From the IMG/VR virus record IMGVR_UViG_3300032073_000002: a DNA stretch of 20,000 nucleotides; one strand, given 5' to 3'. The stretch is from an uncultured virus (IMG/VR IMGVR_UViG_3300032073_000002) (Duplodnaviria; Heunggongvirae; Uroviricota; Caudoviricetes). A program made the position numbers and the translations under genes. Numbering within the stretch: the stretch's first letter is position 1; each line of letters begins with the position of its first letter. Positions 1 through 8,146 of this stretch are shown here, one piece after another. The notes beneath the pieces were generated by a model. That model was given only the letters and a program-made list of their open reading frames with translations, made no database searches and had not been told where the DNA came from.

Positions 1-5
1 GCCAT
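1..5 (-). CDS. Start of the next gene, truncated by the window edge (by synteny probably baseplate wedge gp6)
   Basis: The minus strand reads TAA-G-ATG-GC right after the gp25 stop. Identity is inferred only from T4-like gene order. Confidence 0.35.
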
Positions 6-6
6 C

Positions 7-426
7 TTATCTTGCCCTCGTTACGGTGAATGTTAAATCTTGGTTTTTTACACCGTCGGTTATGTTATAAAAGATGGTTACGTCCATCTCGTTTCTCTCA
101 ACCTCGCCAAACAATACTACAACATTTTTGACTCTTGGTTCGAAAGTCTCTATTACTTTTTTCATAGTAGACTTCATTCTGTTTACCTTTCTATCTGTGT
201 CCAATTCAAACAACATATTTCTAATAGAACCACCAAAGTTTGGCTTGAAAGGTCTTTCATATTTGTTGGTAAGAACTATATTTCTTACTGCTCTACGAAT
301 TGCATCTGTATCTGTTTTGGTTGTAATGTCACCAGTAACAGGATGTGGTTTCATTGTAATATCCATATCGGCATAGATATTTTTTGTTGCAACTGTTTTT
401 CCGTTATTTATTAGTGTCTTTGCCAT
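7..426 (-). CDS. gp25: Baseplate wedge subunit, T4 gp25-like
   Basis: Motifs 'DAIRRAVRNIVLTNKYERPFKPNFGGSIRNMLFE' and 'IETFEPRV' are typical of the GPW/gp25 family; the gene follows gp5. Confidence 0.93.
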   Translation of the reverse strand: MAKTLINNGKTVATKNIYADMDITMKPHPVTGDITTKTDTDAIRRAVRNIVLTNKYERPFKPNFGGSIRNMLFELDTDRKVNRMKSTMKKVIETFEPRVKNVVVLFGEVERNEMDVTIFYNITDGVKNQDLTFTVTRAR

Positions 427-431
427 GTATC

Positions 432-439
432 TATTTATA
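432..439 (-). promoter_or_regulatory. T4-type late promoter (TATAAATA) for gp25
   Basis: Plus-strand tatttata at 432-439 is TATAAATA on the minus strand, 5 nt upstream of the gp25 ATG (426). Confidence 0.8.
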
Positions 440-454
440 CTCGCTTACTTATTA

Positions 455-1753
455 CTAACTTGGTTTAACGGAACTATATGTTCCCGAACTAGAACCACCA
501 CTCACAGTTGTTTTATGTGTATGAGATGAAAGCTTAGGTTTATTACCTTTCTTAGTTTGTATCTCGCCATCTGCAACTATAGATTTCTTATTAGTCTGAG
601 CTCCAGTGATATGAACCGTACCGTCAACTGTTAGATTTGTAGTCATTTTTGTAGTTGGTGAAGTGAATGTAGTGTTACCCACTACGTCTGCGTTTAGTGT
701 TCCACCAATCTGTGCATCTACGTTACCTTCGGTCACATCTAGATTGACATTACCTTTTGATACTGTTGTAAGAACATTTCCTTCTGATACTGTTGTGGTC
801 ATATCACCCTTCAATATGTTTGTTGTTACATTACCTGTATTGACATTGATAGTTACGTTACCTTTCTCTACGGTTACATCTGCATTACCAGCTATGTAAA
901 TCTTGTCATCCTTACATACTACTTGATAGTGGTCATTAACTATTCTAGAAACTTCTGAACCATCGGGATGTATCTCATGAAACGTTCCCGACCTATGATG
1001 TAAATTAATTCTTTCTTTAGTTGGAGTGTCATCTAATTCTATTAAATGACCCGACTCTGTTTGAGTAACTTTATTGTATGGATAGACTGGTTCCTCTGCA
1101 CTGTCTAGGAATCCCTCTAGATTGTCTGATAATTTATGGTCATATAAAGTTCCAGTTTTGAGTGTTCCTCTTGCAAAGGTTGACAAATCGGATTGGTCGG
1201 TGTATAATGGATAGAAGGGTAAATCACTTTCAGTAAGTTCTGTCTCTGTAATCTTAGAACCAGTTGCATCATACATGACTGTAATTTCTTTTGGTGTTTT
1301 TGGTGCAGTATCTAATGCAGTTGTTATTCCGAATCCTCGTCTAACATCTTGTTTTGGATTAGGCCCATCGGGTGTATCATTATAATCTGCAACGGTTAAT
1401 TTTCTTGGGTCATTGAAACCTCTTTCAACTGACCTACTAACCTGTTCATCGGTTACAGTTTCTTTATAACCTTTTTGTGGAATACCTGCTGACGTTCCAA
1501 GAATGATAGGGTCTTGTTTTAAATCACCATCTCTGTAATATCCAAATACTGTACAACCTTCTATAAGTCCATGTTGAGTTCCTATACCCGAGAGTCCAGC
1601 TGCAGTTGTAGGCAGAATTACTTGACACCAAGGTAAGTCGGGTGTTGCAATCCATTGTTTATTATCAGTGTGGATTCCATGTATACGTACACGTACTCGA
1701 CCTATCTTTAAAGGGTCTTGTCTATCTTCAACTATACCATAAAAGTAATCCAT
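455..1753 (-). CDS. gp5: Baseplate central spike, T4 gp5-like (OB-fold + beta-helix, no lysozyme domain, C-terminal HxH)
   Basis: N-terminal 'FYGIVEDRQDPLKIGRVRVRIHGIH...LPW' (gp5 OB-fold), 'YPYNKVTQTESGHLIELDDTP..ERI...HRSGTFHEIHPDG', VxxGN beta-helix repeats and terminal 'SSHTH'. Confidence 0.93.
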   Translation of the reverse strand: MDYFYGIVEDRQDPLKIGRVRVRIHGIHTDNKQWIATPDLPWCQVILPTTAAGLSGIGTQHGLIEGCTVFGYYRDGDLKQDPIILGTSAGIPQKGYKETVTDEQVSRSVERGFNDPRKLTVADYNDTPDGPNPKQDVRRGFGITTALDTAPKTPKEITVMYDATGSKITETELTESDLPFYPLYTDQSDLSTFARGTLKTGTLYDHKLSDNLEGFLDSAEEPVYPYNKVTQTESGHLIELDDTPTKERINLHHRSGTFHEIHPDGSEVSRIVNDHYQVVCKDDKIYIAGNADVTVEKGNVTINVNTGNVTTNILKGDMTTTVSEGNVLTTVSKGNVNLDVTEGNVDAQIGGTLNADVVGNTTFTSPTTKMTTNLTVDGTVHITGAQTNKKSIVADGEIQTKKGNKPKLSSHTHKTTVSGGSSSGTYSSVKPS

Positions 1754-3204
1754 TATATCTCCTTCGGTGATTTATCACTATCTGCTAAACCTGGCGCATC
1801 CACAACCTTCATTGTGTAACTTTCTTTTGCACACTCTAAATGCATTACCCCTGTTGCAGTACCTATGTCTATGTTGCAACTAAGGTCGGTTATTAGATAT
1901 CTATCATCATTCAACGTGTCACTAACGTTACCATCTATTGTTTCTGCATTTGGAATGTTTAATTTAATAACTGTCCCTACTGAGATATCTGTTCTTAATG
2001 GTATCGTTACAATTATTTTATGTTGTTCTAAAATTTCTAGTAAAGCACTTCTTTCTAATCTTGCATTGTCTTTGTTTTTACTTCCACTAAAAATTTCATC
2101 GGTTGAAATATCATCTGCATTATCAAAGGAGTGGTTTGACGTGTATCCATATTCCACTTTAGTTTCAAATGCTTTGTTCATTGCAAGGTCTACATCAAGT
2201 TCAATTATACTTGGTGCTTCCCTTTCGTCCATCTGATTGTTAGCAGATAACATAACTTCTTCATCATCTGTTATTATCAATGGAAAGCCTGAGACATGTT
2301 TCTGACCTTTAGACATTGATTCTTGATAATCGTAAATAATGTCTTCTTCTAGTTTTCTAACTGGGTCATATATTTTCATAGATGAACCATATGCACCACC
2401 AATCAATCCAGCAAGTGTATCAAACTCTTGGGGTTTATAGTAATTGAGTATAACACTATTGAGACCGCCTGGAGCATTCAAATCAGTTTGGTCTGTTTCC
2501 AAATTACTCTGAGTCGGTTTAAAGGTAAACTCAATTGGGAATTCTCTTTGCATCATTCCTTCTACTGAACCAAATCTAAATCCACCATTAAGAGTCTGAT
2601 AGAAAAACATTGAGTTTTTCCATCCTTCACTTACTTCTGAGTTTGCAGTGTTGACAACGTAATCCATAAATCTATTCACTGACCAATTGGGACAAATGAA
2701 TTGATGATTTGTTGTTTCAGTACCTTCCCATAAATCAAATTCTTCGGGTTGGAAGTTTGCTTCGTCTAATAATGCATCCTGTAACATTTGACCTTTAGAA
2801 CCTCTGAAAACTCTACTAAGTCTTTTCTTATTAACATAGAATTGTCTAGGGTCAACAAATTTTACTACATAAGACATGGTAGACTCTTTGGGTCTTTGAG
2901 TGTTTTCTACTTTGTATATTCTGAAAGTCTTATCAATAGTAAACTCTTTTGCAGCTTCTTCATCAAATCCTTCTTTTTGTTTTACAGATATACGAATAAA
3001 CTCTTGTCCAGTAAAACGATAATTTTTAAGTAATCCTACCCCATCGATAAATGATGCTTGGCCCGAACAGAATTTACTGAAGATTGATTCATATAAAGTT
3101 ATACCAATACATACAGCATCAACCACGACTGTCTCACCGTGTTGATTTATAATTGTAAGTGCTTCGATGGAAAAACCACCAGCAGTAAAATTGCCTTGGG
3201 CCAT
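1753..3204 (-). CDS. Virion structural protein, probable baseplate hub (gp27-like)
   Basis: 483 aa, coupled between gp53 and gp5. 'ITLYESIFSKFCSG', 'FFYQTLNGGFRFGSVE' and C-terminal 'ISVGTVIKLNIP...DRYLIT' resemble hub proteins of T4-like phages. Confidence 0.65.
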   Translation of the reverse strand: MAQGNFTAGGFSIEALTIINQHGETVVVDAVCIGITLYESIFSKFCSGQASFIDGVGLLKNYRFTGQEFIRISVKQKEGFDEEAAKEFTIDKTFRIYKVENTQRPKESTMSYVVKFVDPRQFYVNKKRLSRVFRGSKGQMLQDALLDEANFQPEEFDLWEGTETTNHQFICPNWSVNRFMDYVVNTANSEVSEGWKNSMFFYQTLNGGFRFGSVEGMMQREFPIEFTFKPTQSNLETDQTDLNAPGGLNSVILNYYKPQEFDTLAGLIGGAYGSSMKIYDPVRKLEEDIIYDYQESMSKGQKHVSGFPLIITDDEEVMLSANNQMDEREAPSIIELDVDLAMNKAFETKVEYGYTSNHSFDNADDISTDEIFSGSKNKDNARLERSALLEILEQHKIIVTIPLRTDISVGTVIKLNIPNAETIDGNVSDTLNDDRYLITDLSCNIDIGTATGVMHLECAKESYTMKVVDAPGLADSDKSPKEI

Positions 3205-3920
3205 TATGAACTCATTATTCTATCAAACTCTTGCACTACTTTTCTTATGTACGTTGGTCTAATAATTTTTATTAATCTTTTCTTATCGTTTATATCAAAC
3301 TCATCTTGCCATAGTGATACTGAAGTATATCCATTTTCAAAATGATTTTTTCTTAATCCGTTACTATCTTTATAATATGCAATACCATCTATTTGATTAA
3401 CTGCATTTAGAATTGTGGAAGTCTTATTAGAGATATCACCAGTAATAGTATCTCCACCATCAAAACCTAGTTTACCTTCTACTCCAATTCTATTATATGT
3501 AGGTTGCACTTTAATGATGTGTGCTTCGTTACCATCGTTGGCCACAATCTTTTCCCCCAATAGAAACTTTGAAGTTTGGTCTATCATATCAGAGGTATTA
3601 TTGAAAGTCAACCATTGGCCTGGGTATTTTTGTTTCAAATATATTTCAAATGTTTGTGTGTCTTTATGCCAATCATAATATGATTGCATTTGGTTAACTA
3701 ATAACAGAGTCCAATGCAAGTCACCATTACCATAAAGCTTTGTTGCAACGACATCGGGTCTTTCACCATCTTCTAATTCGTAGTACTCATAATCAACAAT
3801 ACTGTTAACTGCATTTTGTTCTATTGTAGACTTTCTAAAGAAGTCTTTAATTGTAATCCATTTACCATTTGATAATTTATAATTGGTTGTAGGAAAGTTC
3901 TTGAAAAATTCATTTGCCAT
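3204..3920 (-). CDS. gp53: Baseplate wedge subunit gp53 (LysM-like)
   Basis: 'FFKNFP', 'YELEDGERPDVVATKLYGNGDLHWTLLLVN' and C-terminal 'NDKKRLIKIIRP' are characteristic of gp53. Confidence 0.9.
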   Translation of the reverse strand: MANEFFKNFPTTNYKLSNGKWITIKDFFRKSTIEQNAVNSIVDYEYYELEDGERPDVVATKLYGNGDLHWTLLLVNQMQSYYDWHKDTQTFEIYLKQKYPGQWLTFNNTSDMIDQTSKFLLGEKIVANDGNEAHIIKVQPTYNRIGVEGKLGFDGGDTITGDISNKTSTILNAVNQIDGIAYYKDSNGLRKNHFENGYTSVSLWQDEFDINDKKRLIKIIRPTYIRKVVQEFDRIMSS

Positions 3921-3922
3921 TA

Positions 3923-5062
3923 TTAACCACCATCTCCACTAGACGCTGCATTCGTAGCTGCAACTGTTTCTGACCTTCTCATTGCAAGGGATTTATTACC
4001 ACTACCGATAGTCTTATCTGCTTTAGAAGATTTAGATATCTGTTGATAATTTTCTTGAGTGAGTATTTTAATTTCTGTAAATGATAAGGACATTGTTGAA
4101 GACACAGGGTATCCATCTTCAAATAATTTAGTTGAATGTTTAGCAGATACACTTGTACAAACCATAGGTAAGAAGTCATCAAACTGTTCTGCGATTGGGC
4201 CTTCCCAATATGCCTTAAAAATATTTGGATAGTTGAAGTAGTTCTCTACTGCAGTGTCCCCTTCTGCATTACTATATGTATCGGGTAACATTGCTGTTTT
4301 AAAAGCCCATATGATATCTTGAACTTCTTGTGATTCATATTTATTTCTAGGATAAAACTCGTAATCAAAACTAAAGTCTCTGAATCCTACTCCTTGAAAC
4401 ATTTGTTCTTCCATAGGATTCACTGCTCTTCCAGCAAGGAAATTACTTGAATCACCAACTATCATTGTTGCAAGAGAATCTAAACCTGTTTGTATTGCAT
4501 TTTCTAATGCAGTTCCAACAGCCTGTAATGTTGACCCATCCATCTTACCATTGAAAGAATCTTTTATTTCTAATGCACTTCTAATACCTTTACCAACTCC
4601 AGTTGCTGAGTATTCTGCTTTAACATCATCTCCAACTTCACTTGGAACATATAATGCTATCTCTATGGTTTCAGATGATAGTAAGTTTTTATTGTTTTCT
4701 CCTTCTCTTGCAACCCTTGGTAATGTTTCAAAAATAATAAAATTTTCTACCCCATCCCCAATTGGATATTGTAACTCTCTCACCTTTGTTTCGGGGGAGG
4801 CCTTTGCATATTTTTTTGATTTCACTGATTGACGAGACTTTTCTAGACTTGCACGTCTATTGTTTAGTGTATTTTCAGCTTCTAATTTTTGTTGTGCTAA
4901 TTTATCTGCAACACCACCAAGAGCAGACCCTTCAATGCCTTGGGTCACCATGTCTTTTAGGTCATAACCTGTTCCACTGATTTTTGCTTGTATTCCTTTA
5001 AGAGATTTAACTGCTTGTTTCCCTTGGTTTACTTTGTTTAGTATTTTGTTGATATTCGGCAT
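3923..5062 (-). CDS. gp48: Baseplate tail tube cap gp48
   Basis: 'LQYP', 'IALYVP', 'NPMEEQMFQGVGFRDFSFDYEFYPRNKYESQEVQDIIWAFK' and 'MSLSFTEIKILT' match gp48. Confidence 0.88.
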   Translation of the reverse strand: MPNINKILNKVNQGKQAVKSLKGIQAKISGTGYDLKDMVTQGIEGSALGGVADKLAQQKLEAENTLNNRRASLEKSRQSVKSKKYAKASPETKVRELQYPIGDGVENFIIFETLPRVAREGENNKNLLSSETIEIALYVPSEVGDDVKAEYSATGVGKGIRSALEIKDSFNGKMDGSTLQAVGTALENAIQTGLDSLATMIVGDSSNFLAGRAVNPMEEQMFQGVGFRDFSFDYEFYPRNKYESQEVQDIIWAFKTAMLPDTYSNAEGDTAVENYFNYPNIFKAYWEGPIAEQFDDFLPMVCTSVSAKHSTKLFEDGYPVSSTMSLSFTEIKILTQENYQQISKSSKADKTIGSGNKSLAMRRSETVAATNAASSGDGG

Positions 5063-5072
5063 TCAGAATCCC

Positions 5073-5080
5073 TATAAATA
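5073..5080 (+). promoter_or_regulatory. T4-type late promoter (TATAAATA) for the gp4 operon
   Basis: Exact TATAAATA in the gp48/gp4 divergent intergenic region, 29 nt before the gp4 ATG. Confidence 0.8.
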
Positions 5081-5104
5081 GTTCTTGTTAATTATGGTTA
5101 CTGT

Positions 5105-5112
5105 TATTTATG
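5105..5112 (-). promoter_or_regulatory. Late promoter variant (CATAAATA) for the gp48-gp53-hub-gp5 operon
   Basis: Plus-strand tatttatg at 5105-5112 overlaps the gp4 ATG; on the minus strand it reads CATAAATA pointing toward gp48. Confidence 0.6.
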
Positions 5113-5559
5113 GCATATTCGGGTAAGTTCAAACCAAAGAACTACAAAAAATACAAAGGAGACCCCACTAAAATCTATTATAGGTCTTTATGGGAGCGTA
5201 GATTTATGGTTTACTGTGATGAAAACACCAATATCTTAGAATGGGGTAGTGAAGAAATCATTATACCCTACATTTCACCCCTAGACAAGAGACCACATAG
5301 ATACTTTCCCGACTTTTACATAAAATATAAGAATGCATCGGGTCAAATACTCCGTGAAATCATTGAAGTCAAGCCTAAGAAACAAACTAAACCCCCAAAA
5401 CAACCAAAACGTAAGACACAACGTTACTACAAAGAGGTTGCAACCTATGTTATCAACGAAGCAAAGTTTAAAGCTGCAGAAAGTTTCTGCAAAGATAGAA
5501 AATTGGGATTCCGTATACTAACTGAAGACCATTTACTCCCAAAAAAGGTAAAGAAATGA
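5110..5559 (+). CDS. gp4: Head completion nuclease gp4 (TnsA-N-like PD-(D/E)xK fold)
   Basis: 'MAYSGKFKPKNYKKYKGDPTKIYYRSLWERRFMVYCD..NILEWGSEE..IPY.SPLD..HRYFPDF...IEVKP' is the classic T4 gp4 signature. Confidence 0.95.
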   Translation: MAYSGKFKPKNYKKYKGDPTKIYYRSLWERRFMVYCDENTNILEWGSEEIIIPYISPLDKRPHRYFPDFYIKYKNASGQILREIIEVKPKKQTKPPKQPKRKTQRYYKEVATYVINEAKFKAAESFCKDRKLGFRILTEDHLLPKKVKK

Positions 5560-6137
5560 AAAAATTATATGTGTTTGATTTAGATGGAGTCTTAATTGAT
5601 TCCAAAAAGAACATGGAAACAGCATTCAACTCCTTAGAGACTGGTATGCCATTTGAAGATTACTTCAAACATATTGGTAAACCATTCAAAGACATCTTAA
5701 CTGAGATGGGTATACTTACTGACCAAGATGAGTTGATGAAAATGTACAACAAAGCATCTGAAGAAAATGGAGACATGATAAAATTCTACAAGGGTGTAGA
5801 AAAACACCTTCAACATTTACAAGCTGAAGGTAAAAAATTAGCCGTGGTAACTTCGAAGTCACATCACCGAGCTCATGCTATTCTGCTTGAACTTGATGTT
5901 GAATTTGAAATTATATGCTGTCCGAATGAACGGTTTAGAGGGAAACCATCTCCCGACCAATTACTATATACACTTGCAGAATGTAATGTAGACCCAAAAG
6001 ATGCAGTCTATGTGGGTGACATGCAAGTAGATATGGATTGTGCAGACAGAGCTGGTGTTGATTTTATTTACGCAGAATATGGATATGGAGATATAGAATG
6101 TTGTTGGAACAGAGCAAGTTCAATCGAGTCGGTTTAA
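5556..6137 (+). CDS. HAD-superfamily phosphatase (phosphoglycolate phosphatase/PPase-like, C1 cap)
   Basis: Motif I 'VFDLDGVLIDS', motif II 'VVTSK', motifs III/IV 'KPSPD...YVGDMQVD'; ATGA overlap with gp4. Confidence 0.9.
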   Translation: MKKLYVFDLDGVLIDSKKNMETAFNSLETGMPFEDYFKHIGKPFKDILTEMGILTDQDELMKMYNKASEENGDMIKFYKGVEKHLQHLQAEGKKLAVVTSKSHHRAHAILLELDVEFEIICCPNERFRGKPSPDQLLYTLAECNVDPKDAVYVGDMQVDMDCADRAGVDFIYAEYGYGDIECCWNRASSIESV

Positions 6138-6838
6138 TACCTGCCCGATATGGTTCATCTAGATTTGAGGGTAAACCCCTTGCATTAATCTGTGGTGAAT
6201 CTATGATTAAGAGAACCTATGACCGTGCATCGGCTTCGAAGAAACTAGACAAGGTCTACGTGGTTACGGATGATAATAGAATTGAATACCATTGTGAGAT
6301 ATTCAACATACCTGTAATAAGAGTTGACGATGATTGTGAGACTGGAACAGATAGGTGTGCAATTGCATCCGAACAAATAGATGCAGATATCTATGTTAAC
6401 ATCCAAGGTGACGAACCTTTGATTGACCCCGAAGCAATTGATAGACTATGTGATTATTTTAATCCTAATCTTGGTGTTGCAAATGCATACGTTACAGTCG
6501 AAGAACCTTACAAGGTCATGGACAACGATGTAGTAAAGGTTGTGTTTGATTCACATCATTGTGCAATGTATTACTCACGTCTTGGTATACCTTTCCCACG
6601 AGGTGAGGATGCAAGGGTACATCAACAACTTGGTTTATATGCATTCACTAAAGAACGTCTACAAGAGTTCTCTAAGTTGCCTATGCAAACTTTAGAGTTT
6701 GCAGAACGAATAGAAATGTTGAGATTCTTAGAACATGGATATAAAGTTCTAATGGTTCATGTAGAAGATGATGGTCTATCAGTAGACACACCTAAAGATA
6801 TCAAACTAGTAGAGGATAGAATAAATGCATATAACTGA
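6098..6838 (+). CDS. kdsB: 3-deoxy-manno-octulosonate cytidylyltransferase (CMP-Kdo synthetase, KdsB/KpsU family)
   Basis: 'IPARYGSSRFEGKPL', 'TGTDR', 'VNIQGDEPLI', 'VKVV', 'YYSR..IPF', 'LE.AERIEMLRFLEHG' and 'SVDTPKD'; GGAGA SD upstream. Confidence 0.92.
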   Translation: MLLEQSKFNRVGLIPARYGSSRFEGKPLALICGESMIKRTYDRASASKKLDKVYVVTDDNRIEYHCEIFNIPVIRVDDDCETGTDRCAIASEQIDADIYVNIQGDEPLIDPEAIDRLCDYFNPNLGVANAYVTVEEPYKVMDNDVVKVVFDSHHCAMYYSRLGIPFPRGEDARVHQQLGLYAFTKERLQEFSKLPMQTLEFAERIEMLRFLEHGYKVLMVHVEDDGLSVDTPKDIKLVEDRINAYN

Positions 6839-7541
6839 AGACCGCCTACGAGAAGCCTTTGAAAATAAATCTAAGGTATCAATACCAAAGATAGCGACTC
6901 TAGCCGAATGTAAACATTGGCATCCATATCACCCTAAGACATATGGAAAGAACTTATTAAAGTATATTCATCACATCAATGTTGCAGAGAATAAGACCGA
7001 CGATGATTCACTGAGAAACGAAGCACAGAAACTAGTTTGGTTAATAGACCAATACAAAACAGTAGGGTTTTATTCTACACCACAAGCATGGATTAAACCA
7101 AACGATAGATGGAGAGTTCACCCAGGCTCTGTTCGTGTAAATGCTCTGATACAATGTAAAGCTTATGAAACAAAATTTGTTGTTTGGGATGACTCTAATT
7201 ACTTACCTAACAATAAACAAATCACTTACGATGATTGGATAAATGAATTTCCAATCCCCGAAGGTAGAAATGCAGTGTTCTTTGATGTTGAAGGTATGAT
7301 TGAGTTTCATATATCTGAAGACCGTCCCGAAATGTATGAGTACTACTATAGACTTAGAGAATTATATGAGGGTAAGAAACCTAGACTCATAGGAACCTGT
7401 GATGAAAGTATAAAACATCTATTCGGAAATGGTAGAGTTACCGTTACTGGTCATATCACTGAAGAAGACCTCGGGTCATTCCTAGAAATAAATCCATCTA
7501 ATCGAGAAGTTATAGAAACTAATTTTAGTATTGTAGCCTAA
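6825..7541 (+). CDS. Hypothetical protein, possible ParB/Sulfiredoxin-like N-terminal domain
   Basis: 'KLVWLIDQYKTVGFYSTP....WRVHPGSVRVNAL' loosely follows the ParB-N pattern (L..SI...G...P....Y.iidGxxR..A); overlaps the kdsB stop; AGAGGA SD upstream. Confidence 0.5.
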   Translation: MHITEDRLREAFENKSKVSIPKIATLAECKHWHPYHPKTYGKNLLKYIHHINVAENKTDDDSLRNEAQKLVWLIDQYKTVGFYSTPQAWIKPNDRWRVHPGSVRVNALIQCKAYETKFVVWDDSNYLPNNKQITYDDWINEFPIPEGRNAVFFDVEGMIEFHISEDRPEMYEYYYRLRELYEGKKPRLIGTCDESIKHLFGNGRVTVTGHITEEDLGSFLEINPSNREVIETNFSIVA

Positions 7542-7545
7542 AATA

Positions 7546-7553
7546 CATAAATA
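7546..7553 (+). promoter_or_regulatory. Late promoter variant (CATAAATA) for the gp2-gp54-gp26 operon
   Basis: CATAAATAGTTCT lies immediately before ATG 7559 and shares ATAAATAGTTCT with the promoter at 5073. Confidence 0.72.
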
Positions 7554-7558
7554 GTTCT

Positions 7559-8146
7559 ATGGTATCAAGAGTCTTATTGTCAGCAGTAGCAAAAATGTTA
7601 CCCGAAGATGTAGAGTCGGGAACTGAAGATAGTCTTGAATGGTTTAGAAATAACGTAAGAGATATTAAACTAAGACCCGATAGAGTAATGGGTGGACTGA
7701 GTTCGGTTACATCTAGTGGTTTGAAACAAGGTAAAGTATACATGTTTCACTACGATGCTAAATGGCAAGATGAATTACCTTACTGGGATAAGTACCCAAT
7801 AGTGATACCAATAGAACAATATAAAGATGGGTTCTTAGGTATTAATACACATTACATTGCACCTAGACATAGAACTGCATTACTCAGACCCTTATTAGAA
7901 GAGCTAAGAGGCAATACAATAGAGGGTGATGGAGATACTAGAATGGAAGTTGATTACAACATCATTCAGTACAATAATGATTTAAGGTTTGCAAAACCTT
8001 GTATCAAAAGATATTTAACAACACACATAGGTGCAAGAATAGTGGAAGTACCTTATCAACAATGGGAAGCAATATTGATGTTACCACTTGCAAAATTTAA
8101 CGTCAACGCAAATACTGTGTATGCAGAGAGTCAAAGGAAATTCTAA
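7559..8146 (+). CDS. gp2: DNA end protector protein gp2
   Basis: 'SLEWFR', 'GKVYMFHYDAKWQDELPYWDKYPIVIP...GFLGIN.HY', 'KPCIKRYL' and 'W...LMLP...F' are typical of T4 gp2. Confidence 0.9.
   Translation: MVSRVLLSAVAKMLPEDVESGTEDSLEWFRNNVRDIKLRPDRVMGGLSSVTSSGLKQGKVYMFHYDAKWQDELPYWDKYPIVIPIEQYKDGFLGINTHYIAPRHRTALLRPLLEELRGNTIEGDGDTRMEVDYNIIQYNNDLRFAKPCIKRYLTTHIGARIVEVPYQQWEAILMLPLAKFNVNANTVYAESQRKF

Noticed and set aside
40..4980. Many short plus-strand ORFs opposite the baseplate genes
   Set aside because: Antisense to well-supported structural genes, mostly non-ATG starts, and no motifs.
5110..5559. TnsA-like endonuclease suggesting a Tn7-type or homing mobile element
   Set aside because: The sequence and synteny match the core T4 head completion protein gp4; no transposon ends or other Tns genes are present.
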